A DNA stretch of 64,000 nucleotides from Tubulanus polymorphus (taxonomy: Eukaryota; Animalia; Nemertea): positions 5,188,778-5,252,777 of the forward strand of contig NC_134030.1 in NCBI RefSeq assembly GCF_964204645.1, in the 5' to 3' direction. Both the position numbers and the translations under genes were made by a program. Positions 52,821-64,000 of the stretch are shown here, one piece after another (the stretch's first letter is position 1; every line of letters begins with the position of its first letter). The notes beneath the pieces are model-generated. The model was not told the origin of the DNA, did no database searches, and saw only the letters and a program-made list of their open reading frames with translations.

Positions 52821-53758
52821 TGTTTTTTGGGGGATTGAATACTATATTGCGGCAGTTAACGTTCCAATGCAATGGAAGAGTGCGAGTAAACCCGTTTTTC
52901 CACAGCTTAGTCGAACGCGACCACGCGTCGGCGCGAGGAGGGATTTTAGGTAGCACCGTCGTTTATGCAAAAAATATGCAATTTATGCACTTTTTAGCTT
53001 TTTGTCGGTGTCAGATTTCTAACAACTATATATCTGCTTCTAACAAGTAAGCTCATCTAGAATGAAGCATTAAAAATAGTCAAACACACGTGACATAAGT
53101 CAATGTTACTGTACACACAACGACAGCTGCGCTAAAAGCGTTCGGTCACAAAATAATCGAATGCATCGACAGTATAACGCTATGATATGCGTGTGATTCT
53201 TAAAGCGATTACTACAAAAAAAAAACATAAACAACAACGAAAAAGTTCGTTTCGAAACAGATTTGTGCAATAACGACTCGTTCCTTCGCTGTGACGCTAA
53301 TTTGTCTGTGTCAATCGGACACGTTTCCTTCCTTCGTATGTCCATGAATGTGTAAACTAAATTTATATGATTTGTCTAATGTTTGACAATGTTGATATGC
53401 ACTATATTTAATCTATCAAAGTTCAGCGCTTTCCATATGATATATAATGTGTAGAAATGAAATCGAAGCCGATTCTCTTATGATGTGTTATGATATTCTA
53501 AACGAAACAAAATGTCGATATATCGATATTCATTTTATTACAATATATTGCGTTGTACTTGTAAACATAAAAGGTCTGTACGAAAATGTCCGGTGATGCG
53601 TGGTATAGGTACATGCGAACTTTTTGTGACGGAATTCCACGAGTTGACGGTATCGGATAGTTCGAAGTTCGAAATATTCTTCCACGGGTCGATTTCAGTC
53701 TTGATATGGGTGAACGTACAAGGTTAATTTCTGTCAGTAGAAATGCCGTTTATTCAGA

Positions 53759-56700
53759 TCATAAAGCCGTTGTTTCAGTTCCACGTGCCGTAAGAGCCTG
53801 CAAATTAAAAATGAATATATAAATCAATTATATAACCGTTAGCAATTTGTTGCATATTTCGGGTTTATCACATGTTTATACCTTTTGTTCTTCTTTATGT
53901 TTAACGTCAATTTCTCGCCTTCGAAGTCTCATTTTACAAGCTGCGAACATCGGTATACTCAAAAATACGAACCCGACTATCAGCCACACGATCCATTCGA
54001 CATCTGCCCAAATAGAAGAAGAAAATATTTCACAAACAGAGGTTTTGGACGCAAACCTAGGGCTGATTCGGGCCATACTAAAAAATTTACTTACGGAACC
54101 CTGGCATCATCACCGAACCAAACAAAAACGACAGTAGGACTATCTGGAATAGTTGGAAAATACCCATCGCTAGTCCCTCCGACACGGGGTACGCCATCTC
54201 ACACGTGACGTCACACGTGAGCGGAAATATAACCGCCGAAACGACGCTACTAATGATGACGTTTGAATAAACCGTAGCTAAAAAGAGTAAAGGAAAATGA
54301 TACCACGATACAACACTATCATATACATACACGATTGATAGTAACGACTGGGTGTGTATTTTGTCGCATATATTTACATAGTGTATGTCGCAGAAAACCA
54401 TTACATTGGAGCGCCAACCACAGAGCAAATACGAGAAATCCAACTGTCAAAACGATGATTATTTTCTTGCTGTGATCTTTCAATTTATCGAAGATTCTAG
54501 AATAAAGAATTCAAAGTTTGATCGGACACGATGAGATGTGAAAAATGTTTCTGTTGTTATTATACCTTCCCAACAAAATCGAAACTACCATGGCCAGGGT
54601 TAGAGCGGTAAATATCAACCAGCCGACGATTTTCTGAAATGTAAGAATATCTCGTTAATGACTCTTAAGATCTCATATAGCCGTTGATTTGCTGTGTTTT
54701 CTAGTGAACCTGAGAATATCCTAACGTTCCTAATACCGGCTCCAACATGACAATCATCACCGTGTAACTAGCATTAGGCAGACACGAAGCTACTGTCATC
54801 AACCAGTATGGACGATTCCTAAAAGAAATCCATAATTCTCGCTCAAAAACTAGGAAAGAAGAGACAGCGCCTGTGTAAGAGAAAATGTCCAGGACTTGGG
54901 CGTCGTTAATTTGTGTTTCAGTTATCAACAACCAACCTGCCGAGTTCTCTGAGGCCTTGCCTCATGCTGAATCTTTTCGTCGAGGCGGAAAGCGACGGTG
55001 GGTGCGGGGGTTTAGCCGGGAAATATATAAACACCAAAAATGTACACAACGCTACTAGCACCGTTTCTGAAATATATAATATACGTTAAAAACATACAAC
55101 AAAGATAACGAAGTAAATCGACTTCCTTGCTAATTCGTTTCGGTTGGTTCACTATTTCGCGAATATTTTTACTCATCAAACTTACGAATAGTCAGCAGAA
55201 TGAGGATATCTTTCCTAACCGCGTTGGGTGTGACCTCGCCACCTGCAATTGAGACGACAAGAATCATGGAAGTAAAGATGAATAGACGCAAATTGAGTAT
55301 ACATATTGAATGTTACGCCCATTGAGACGTTAAACTAGATTACATATGTCCATGAATCATTGTTTCAAGTAACGCGGCCATGTTTGTCGTGGTACATAAT
55401 AGTACACGTAAGCATAGATGGAAAGAAGTTTCGGCGGAAAATATGGAACAACTTGTAATTGATTACTTACTCGTTATATTTACTGAAAGGCAGTTCAGAG
55501 AATGCGTCAGATTGGACCCGGCGTCATCAGCACATTTCAAGCTCGTATTCCCCAAGTTAGGGTAGACTAGCGTGGTCGTATTGTCGGGTTCCGTGACTTG
55601 CTTCGGCAACTGTCGCACTAACTGTGGGCCTACCAGAATGATCATTCACGTCAACATAGAAATTAGGCGAAATTAGGGTCTTACATAGTTTCAATAGAAG
55701 AAGCAATCTAGAAGAATGATGTATATTGGTAGTATAGATACAGTATTAGAAGGTGTGTTTGTAAAAGACAATATCAATTTAGTAGTTATAACAGCTTTAT
55801 TGATAGGACATTGACGTAATCGTAGTTTCCACAATGGGTTGATTAATTTGGAAGTCTGACGTGTGTCACAGTTTGGACTACGTCATGGCACTTCCCACAT
55901 CTCTACTGGTATCCCAATGGGAATATCACCTAAACTCACCTAAAACGCCATTGACAGCACCACCAAAACTACCAGAGAGCATAAATAGCGCGGTTACAGT
56001 GACTCGTTGATGTTCGGGTACCCAGGTGGATACGATCGCCGGTGGAACAACCAAGCCTAGTGGAATCGCGAAACTCGTAATGAATTGCCCGACATGAATG
56101 GACCTAAATAAAAGTTTAAGTTAATTCAATAAAATTCAAAGTTAGCGTTATGGAAATATTTCATCTAGATCCGTGATTTGTTAGACGTACCAAATAAATG
56201 TACGGTCTATGCCGACTAATAGACGGACTGCCGCGCCGCTGAATACGAGACTTGAACCAAGCAACATCGTGACACGGATTCCTAGAATATTTATCAAATG
56301 ATTGTAAGTTTGTCGTGTTTACATCATAAAAGCAGGCTAATGCAATTTCAATTGATAGAGCAATGTCTTAGCCTATATACTTTTGTGTATAAACGTAGCA
56401 AGAACTTTTTACAAAGCAATAGCTTTATTTCAACATACATTACATCAAATTCATTGACAACGCCTCAGCCCTCAGGGTGATAATCAGGGTAATAATAACT
56501 TAGACAGAATGGAAGGTGTTAATTCTCCATTACCTTTCGCTTTGACCAGCCATACGTATAGAGGAAATGAGGGAACGTAACCGACGAGACCTATATTTGA
56601 CACGAGAGCGATATCTGCAGCCGTGAAGTCAAACGCCGTAAAAGCGGAACTGGCTATAGGTCCCCAAGTTGCCAATACCAACGCGTTCAGGAACGGAAAA

Positions 56701-57298
56701 CAAGCAAATAATAAAACGATGTACCTAAAATCAAAAGCATTAAAATTAACATATTACGTACACCAACTACATAGATACGTATGTTTTCTTTCAAATAAAT
56801 TGAGCATGCATCGCACTTATGTTTTCAGAAAACGAAACGATATACTAAAATGTTTTATACATGATATTATGATATGACATGAAGTCAGAAATGCATTAAT
56901 AATGTGAAGAAATTATGAATAGTCTGAAACTTCAAATACGTAGTCTATGGTGCTGTTGGATATTCTAGAATTTCACTGAGATTAATAAGTTAATCCCTAA
57001 AATTCTAGTGAAATTCTAAAATATCCAGCAACACCATTGCAAGGTACGATTCCGTATAGTGGGTGTAACCTCGTGCTAATAATCATTTGTCAATTGATTA
57101 CTCCAAGGTATGACTAACTCACCATCTCCTTTTGTAAGATCGCACTGTCACGTTGTGCGTAGATGTTTGCTGCAGATCATCGTTATCACATATATGATTA
57201 TTCAACTGGTCATTATCGCCATCATCACCATCGTTTCGACTCTCTTTAGAGACTGGTCGATCGTCGTCGTTCGATATTCGTTCCTCAACAACCGACAT
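53759..57298 (-). CDS. SLC49A4/DIRC2-like MFS transporter, paralog C
   Basis: MSVVEER...RSYKRRW; NALVLATWGPI; PAIVSTWVPEHQRVT; YFPAKPPHPPS; TCDVTCEMAYPVSEG; last exon ALTARGTETTAL* ending at 53759. Confidence 0.88.
56947..57037. mobile_element. Small hairpin/MITE with 31-bp TIRs
   Basis: ATGGTGCTGTTGGATATTCTAGAATTTCACT ... AGTGAAATTCTAAAATATCCAGCAACACCAT (3 mismatches). Confidence 0.65.
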
Positions 57299-59879
57299 AG
57301 TTTTAAACCGCTGATCGAACGTAGATTATTCCTCAATATGAACTACACTTCGAAAACATGTTCAAAAAGATGCCAATAAACCAAATACAAAAAAAAGATG
57401 AACACATAAATATAACCTAGATATTTTGTTGTCGCGTTCATCAAACAGCTCTCATCTGCTGTGTTCAAAAGTCGATCGATTTTGCTTCGAATAAAAATAT
57501 GTCTTTTTCTATGTATTAGAAGTACGTAAATCTAATCTGGAACAGCTGTAACGTTACTGGAGGCGCTCACTTTCCGCGTAACGTATTGTTTATAACGCGT
57601 GAACTACACGTAAATGCATATAATTATCATCCTACCTCAAGTCACACAACCATCAGCTAACAACGCCGATAAAAAATCATATTACTATCAATATCCATAT
57701 GCGTGGATGATTCTGACCTAGGATTTAGATTAGCTGATGGATTTGATACGCACTTCTTCTCGATACAAATATGAATTGCTCCTCGTTGTGTTGTGTGTGT
57801 GTTTGTTTGTGTGCTAGTGACAATTTCCAAATGGATTAATTCATCCTTAGAGCGAGCGAGAATAGCGAGAGTTTAAGCGCGTAGGAGGCCCTACGGATGA
57901 ATAAGATGAACTTGATCCAATGTCTCGGTACCAGAGCCTAAATAATCCCCGTAACTTCGACCGACTCAGGAAGGGAATTTCATGATGAATAATACCTCAG
58001 CAATGTTCAGCCAAATAAACGTCGCGTCAATTCCCGATGATGCAAATATAAAAAATACAAACGAACTTGTCATTGCAAACCATTTTGGTTGATATTTGCG
58101 GAACGGCGTTGCTGTATCAGTTGAAATAATGGGTTATATTCATTGAAGGTGAATAGATCACACTCCGAACTGACGAAGCCGTTAATTAAATGGGGATCAT
58201 GTTTAGATTAATTTTGCCGTACTAATAATAACTAATGGATCAGTAGCATGTCACCTCCCAACCCACACGATTGACGCGCTTCACGAAATTGATTAGTTTT
58301 CATCTCCGGGCGACAGATAAATTCTCATCGACTACAAACGCCTAAAAGAAGCCTTAAAAAAACGTTCATGTCAATTCGATATCCTTCAAGTTTACATTAG
58401 CTCGGGTTAATTTTTACGTTTATACGCGAAACCCGATCGAATGAATTAAAAATAAAATACAATGTAGCTTTTTAAAGAATTTAATTTGAGATTAGTTAAC
58501 GTATATATATTACCTGTATCATTTCATCAAAGGACTATCCGAAAAATGTACGCCTTAGAACTAATTGATCTTGGTTACACATATGTTTATTTTAGTTTTC
58601 GGGGAGCGGTGTATAAATGTACATACATGTATGTCGAAAGCTCTAACGTAGCTCACGCTATAAAATGCCTACAACTTAGTCATCCATTTATGTTGGTTTT
58701 TCTGTCAATAAAACGAGTCGAGCAAATATTTGAAAAAGATACCGATGTGATAGATTATTTTTGTGTAATAGTTGTATGTGTGATCTGGGTAGATGATTCT
58801 ATTTTAACCCTGGGCGGCAACGATAAGAATTTCCAGTAAAAACGAGTTTTCATATACATGTGTGTCGTGGATCGTGCACGATTACGCCACCACCTGTAAT
58901 ATTGGCCCTCAACTAACATACACCCGACTGCTGGCACTTGACGGCCAATATGACGCGCAGTGACGTCGTGTGAGAAATGTCAGTTGTTTTCACCGAAATC
59001 CTCCATTCTCAATTCATCTTGATGCTCTTCACGTTTTGTCCATATTTTCCATCCACCGTTTAAGGTCTTCGTTTATAAGATTAAGAATATATATAAAGAA
59101 CTTGAAATTCTTTAAAGAGTTTATTTAATGATAGATCTACGAACATATATTTATTCGTTTAGTATACGATATAATATAATATTCAACAGTTACAACGGAC
59201 AGTATATGTATACAAATAACAAGATTTCTTTCTCGTGGAAAAAGCTATGCTAGAAATATATAAGGACATGATATATATTTAGCGCAAAACGAATTCATTT
59301 TTATGCTTCTTGATACGTACGAATTATGTACCGAATGAAGAAAGAAACTTATCTTAACAAAAAACGTTTACAAACGATGTTTTTCATTTACGTAAAATAT
59401 GAAAGTTATAACAACATCTGCTGAAAATAGATTAAGTAACATATCTTTTCAGACGTGAATTGTGTGGTACAAACATGATAGAAACGAAATTTTGGATTCA
59501 AAATTCTTTAAGTGGACGGACCGCGGATCCTCTTTCATAATCTAAAAATGCTCTACTAAATACTTGTTCAACAATTATTCCAATTTCAAATTAACTAGAA
59601 TCAAAACGCAATGTCCTGTAATGTAATGTATATGGCATTATGTATTCCTATTACACATGTACAACCAAAGTAATTCCTTTTGTTTGTAATAATTTCCTAA
59701 TAACGAAAGTGGAAAGACCGATAAAATTCATCGTTTCCAAATTCATTCGCCTACAATTCTGTGGAAATATCTTTTTCTAAGAAATACCAGATCCATTAAA
59801 ATGTCTAGTTATCTATTCATAGACACTGCGTTAAACCATGACCGGTTAATTTACCAATAACGAACTACTAACTACTAGT

Positions 59880-60038
59880 AGATAAAACCCACAATTAAAA
59901 GAAAAAACTATCTTGTAGCTTAACGTTTTTGGAAATGGCTCATAGAATTGAGTTGAAACGTTAAGCTACAAGATAGTTTTTTCTTTTTATTGTGGGTTTT
60001 ATCTACTATTGATATTGGACAGCCACTTGTCTATGGAT
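59880..60038. mobile_element. Penelope-like terminal fragment with inverted arm, 13-bp TSD and degenerate hammerhead core
   Basis: TSD ACTAACTACTAGT at 59867-59879 and 60039-60051; 53-bp inverted arms (59876-59928 / 59956-60008); GGCTCA-TAGAAT-TGAGTT-GAAACGTT. Confidence 0.7.
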
Positions 60039-60347
60039 ACTAACTACTAGTTCAGTTGGCGAAGTAAATTCACATAACTTACATTCCGAATTGAATGTGT
60101 CGGACCCAAAAAGTATCATATTTTTTCCATTACTCATTAAGTTATATAAAAGAAACGAAGAAAGACTGGAGGTCAAGGTTACAGTATCTGCTTTAACGCA
60201 GCTTGTTTCCGATGATGAAACTGATACGTCTAAATTTCATCCAGGGCAATAATAAGCTTCTCCAATAACAATATAGTCAACATGCATGGATTTAATCATT
60301 TGACCATCTCACGATCATTACAGGACTTTTTAAATCAGTCTCTTGAT

Positions 60348-63300
60348 CTACTTCTTGAGTGGTTCTCCGATAAGCGCCAATATTATTTTCCTGTAATCAC
60401 CCGAAATGTCGTCCTGAAAAGAAAATCAAAATGCATGAATAAAATTTAGGCGGTTTTTCTTTTCAGAAAACTGGAACTGGGAATCTTTGTTTTGTTATGA
60501 TACTCACTGTAATCCAGTTGGCCAATGTGTCATTGTACAACTTCTGGAATTCGCCTTTGATTTGTACCATGTCGAGTTCACATCGCGATACAACGATTCG
60601 TACCAGCACGTCATCGTTCGTGCCCAGACCCTTCATAGCTTTGTGTAAGGCTTGAGCGAAATATGACGGCTTATACTTGATACAGCGCACTATATAAAAA
60701 ATAACCATATGTATTTTATTATATGTATGTAATCATATGTATTTATCTATCTATTACACTTATTTCAGACAATTTTATGTCCTTATGTAGAAATATCTAT
60801 ATACATTTCATGATAATAATGCGTTCACATAATGTGCAAGAATTTATTATATTAATTAATTGTGTATACGTGATAAATGATGGTTTACATAGACAAGTGA
60901 CTTATTCATTTAATGAAAAAAGAATCAACGGTTTTGAAAGTGGCTAATTACAGGGTGGCCACTATTATGTGACTTGCTTTTTCGCTGACTATTCCCTGAC
61001 ATGCATGTTGCTTTCTCTGTCTCTGCTAAGGACCCAATCAATTAACACAGTCAAATAGTCAAGACATAGATGGAAACTGTTTGATTTTACACGCGATGTA
61101 GCAATTTAAAAAAATTTCACTGACTTTTCCCTGATTTTAAGCTTTTTCAAGAAATTCCCTGACTTTTTTTTAAAGAAAAGAGAATTCCCTGACTTTTCCA
61201 GGTAAGAAAGACAAGTAAATTCCACCCTGAATAGAAATATCAATCCTCTTTCAGTTTTACTTTGTAATAGTTGGTTTTTTTTTCATGATCAATGATTAAA
61301 GATGATACTCACCGACAGTCAACATTCCCGTTTTCAGATCTCCGGACATTTCGCTCTCGATCGCTTCCTCGATATTTTTCTTCGAGATTGTCTTGTACTC
61401 TTCGAATACGGCTCGAAGGTGAGGGTAACTTTTCGACATCAGAATCACGTTGAACTGCGATTCGTCCGTTCCCCATTTCTTTTCGCCGGCTTCGTAGAGT
61501 TTCTGCGCGTCTGCCTTTGCGGCGTTACGATCGAATTCGGTGTTTTCGTCGCGATTCGCCTGAAGACATGATATCAGCAGACGCTTGTAGTGACCGGATG
61601 TTTCCGATTCAACATCTTTCTCCACGTCTCGGCTATACACTAAAAAAGTTTGGAAAAATTGAATTCATGAATTCATTGAAAACCGTTTTTTTGTGTTAAG
61701 ATTAAACACCTTTGAATTACGATTGGTAGAACACTATATCCGTGTTGACGCGATGAGGAGAGAATCCCACAATGATAATAAAAAGTCCGAAAATGAAACT
61801 TCGAGATAGTAGTTTATTTCAACGTTTCGACTATATCCTAATAGTCATCTTAAGGAATAATGACTATTAGGATATAGTCGAAACGTTGAAATAAACTACA
61901 ATCTCGAAGTTTCATTATCGGACTTTTTATTATCATTGTGGGATTCTCTCCTCACACCTTTGAATTATATAACAAATTCTGCAGTCTTCAGTTTGAAAAA
62001 TTTCCTTGAGCTAACATTTTATTTGACATTTCGACTTTATCCTAAAAATCATCTTTCCTGAATGTATACAATTGTTTTATCCGAACAACACGGACAGAGT
62101 TGACTTTGATAGGCTTGGGCTGTGAACTTCCAAAATGTCACTACTATAACTCATTAGTATGGTAATCATCATGTCAGATGAAGCATTAGTATGGTAATCA
62201 TCATGTCAGATGAAGTACGTACATTTTTTATAAGTCTGTTTGATCATATTTAGTTGAGCATTCGTACGGGTGCATATAATCTCAATCAGAGTATCTTCAT
62301 CCGTACCAAGACCCTGCAAAATAAGCGCGCCAATTAGTTTTTAAATTCGAGGCAAGAATGGACTGTAAATAATGTCTGAATCAAGGATTTTTAATTGTAT
62401 CTTACTTTCATTGCTTTACGCAGTTCTGAAGCGTCATATTCATCTGGTGGAAGACATAATGCCTTACAAGTTGCTAAAAATTGTCCACTGATTTCGCTTT
62501 TCAGTTCACTTATCAGATCCTAGAAAATTTGTTTATGAAATTTTTCAATATTCGACTTCTCAGTAAAGGTTTAGAGAAATTCAGCAATATTCTACCTTTC
62601 CAAACATGGTCTTGAATTGCTTGACTATTTCTTGTCTTTGGTTACTGATTCTGTACCCGAGTACATCGATGATCGCTTGTTCATCAGTTCCTGAAATAAG
62701 AAAAGATTCCAAAAATATATTGCACAGAATACTGCATTCGAGTCTATTCCAGTTACCAGTACATGTCAACTGCTTACCAAGACCCTTCATAGCCTTCCTT
62801 AATTTCTCGCAGTCTGCTTCTTTATTAAATGGATCAGCCGGCTTCAACGTTCCTTCTTGCTGTAAGCAGATAAATTCACAATAATAAGAATAAGATTTCT
62901 ATACCAACATGAAACAAATACAAAGGGGGAACTGCAAGTATAAATGCTAGTTGAGAGTGCTTCACTGACTTTTGAAGGAGAATAAAAGGATCAAATTCCA
63001 TAATCAAATTAATAGCAATCTACATTTTTCTATTTTTCACATTCAATTTATACATCACATATCATTAATAACAATTGAATCAACCTAATTATATTGCATT
63101 ATAAACATAAGTCAGGTTCTGTTAACTGATGACATTTAGAGAAATCTCTTTCAAAAAATTCATTCAACGCTTTTAAATGAAACCTGCTTTATACTTTAAA
63201 GTAGACTGTTATGCATATAATAAAAACGCTTTGAATTCTTACCGCCATATTTATAGATTTCAGAAAAAATTGTGCTAATCAGAACGATCCGATGGTCCTA

Positions 63301-63895
63301 GTATACCGTAGTTCAACTATGAGCTACTACTAAATAAGTACTGGGTGTGCACTTTGTTGCTATGTCTGGTAGGTGCCACTACAGCAAGTTTATGTAGGCT
63401 TGAACGAGCCCATTCTCGAAAGCTATTGTTATGCTAAAACGCATTCACTTCCTTGTTATATAGGCCTGCCAGTAATAGTTTTAAAAATTTACAGGTCACA
63501 TGGTAATAACAAATATTTCTAGTACGCATTGTGATTAATGCATTCATTTGCTTTTAATACAAGTATCATTGCTTTATGCATCCTGAACATTCTACTTGCT
63601 AACTAAACTATTTTAGGAAAATTTGAACTAACAGGAATTTAAGTTAATTAGTTGATTAACAGAACTGACCTCATAATCTTCCGTTTCAAAGAAAGGCACA
63701 TACTCTTCGGGAGGTTTCTCTTTTTTTGGTGGTTTCTTCGTCTCTTCCTTCGGTTTCGATACCGATGGCTTTCTCTTCGTCTCGGGTTTCGGTTGTTCTT
63801 TTTTTGTCTGCGGTTTTGGCTTCGCGCCAGGTTTCACCATTTCAATAGTGATCAAGTAACTGCTTTCACCCTCATCAAAATCTGCATTCAATATC
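60348..63895 (-). CDS. Annexin (four-repeat core) with long N-terminal extension; 5' end lies beyond the window
   Basis: [16 protein letters not shown]; ELKSEISG; [18 protein letters not shown]; [10 protein letters not shown]; [10 protein letters not shown]; EMSGDL; [21 protein letters not shown]; [13 protein letters not shown]; stop at 60348-60350. Upstream exon 63895-63671 is Lys/Pro/Glu-rich. Confidence 0.92.
60951..61229. mobile_element. Degenerate hAT-like MITE (CAGGGTGG ends, internal TTCCCTGAC repeats)
   Basis: CAGGGTGG...CCACCCTG; TTCCCTGAC(TTTT) repeated several times; no clear TSD. Confidence 0.55.
61720..61953 (-). mobile_element. Penelope-like terminal fragment with 95-bp inverted arms, 14-bp TSD and near-consensus hammerhead core (annexin intron)
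   Basis: TSD ACACCTTTGAATTA at 61706-61719 and 61954-61967; arms 61754-61848 / 61860-61954; minus strand CTTAAGA-T-GACTA-TTAGGATA-TAGTC-GAAACGTT. Confidence 0.75.
62152..62215. repeat. 32-bp perfect tandem duplication beside an annexin splice donor
   Basis: CATTAGTATGGTAATCATCATGTCAGATGAAG occurs twice. Confidence 0.9.
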
Positions 63896-64000
63896 TGAAA
63901 AAGTTTAAAATATTCGTTTTTAATTTTCAGTTACAGGGGCCAGTTGCACAGTCATGGCTTACATCCAAAAATGGTCTTAAGATCTTAAGACTGGTCTTAA

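Noticed and set aside
58165-58220. CTGACGA motif as a hammerhead core
   Set aside because: No stem II followed by GAAA, and no flanking helices.
63934-64000. GGGGCCAGTTGCACA... possible MITE end with GTCTTAAG repeats
   Set aside because: Cut by the window edge, so no second TIR or TSD can be seen.
1-64000. CRISPR array, rRNA, tRNA, snRNA or autonomous transposase/RT ORF
   Set aside because: None recognised. There is no regularly spaced repeat-spacer structure, and all long ORFs are accounted for by host genes.

Overview
AT-rich, intron-containing animal genomic DNA with short GT-AG introns. The gene content suggests a lophotrochozoan-type invertebrate, but that is inference. I hand-spliced 13 protein genes. 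In order: a membrane C-type-lectin/WSC/mucin receptor (-), two tandem intronless rhodopsin-class GPCRs (+), an astacin-TSP1-TSP1-MAM metalloprotease (+), MFSD6 (+) with an intronless orphan type-I membrane protein nested antisense in its 7-kb intron, an SLC6 transporter (-), a flavin monooxygenase (-), a TNF-receptor-family gene with a death-domain-like tail (-), a third intronless GPCR (+), three SLC49A4/DIRC2-like paralogs (+,-,-) and a 5'-truncated annexin with an unusual N-terminal extension (-). Non-coding DNA holds several MITEs with TIRs and TSDs, a CORE-type tRNA SINE, a 3-copy dispersed repeat, microsatellites and two TSD-flanked hairpin insertions that resemble Penelope-like termini with degenerate hammerhead-ribozyme cores. 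The most notable observations are a WSC domain inserted inside a C-type lectin domain, the nested orphan receptor-like gene, patchwork identity between paralogs (GPCR pair; one SLC49A4 exon) and the two hammerhead-like palindromic insertions. No prokaryote-type system (CRISPR etc.) is present. Exon boundaries were read by eye and may be off by a few bases.
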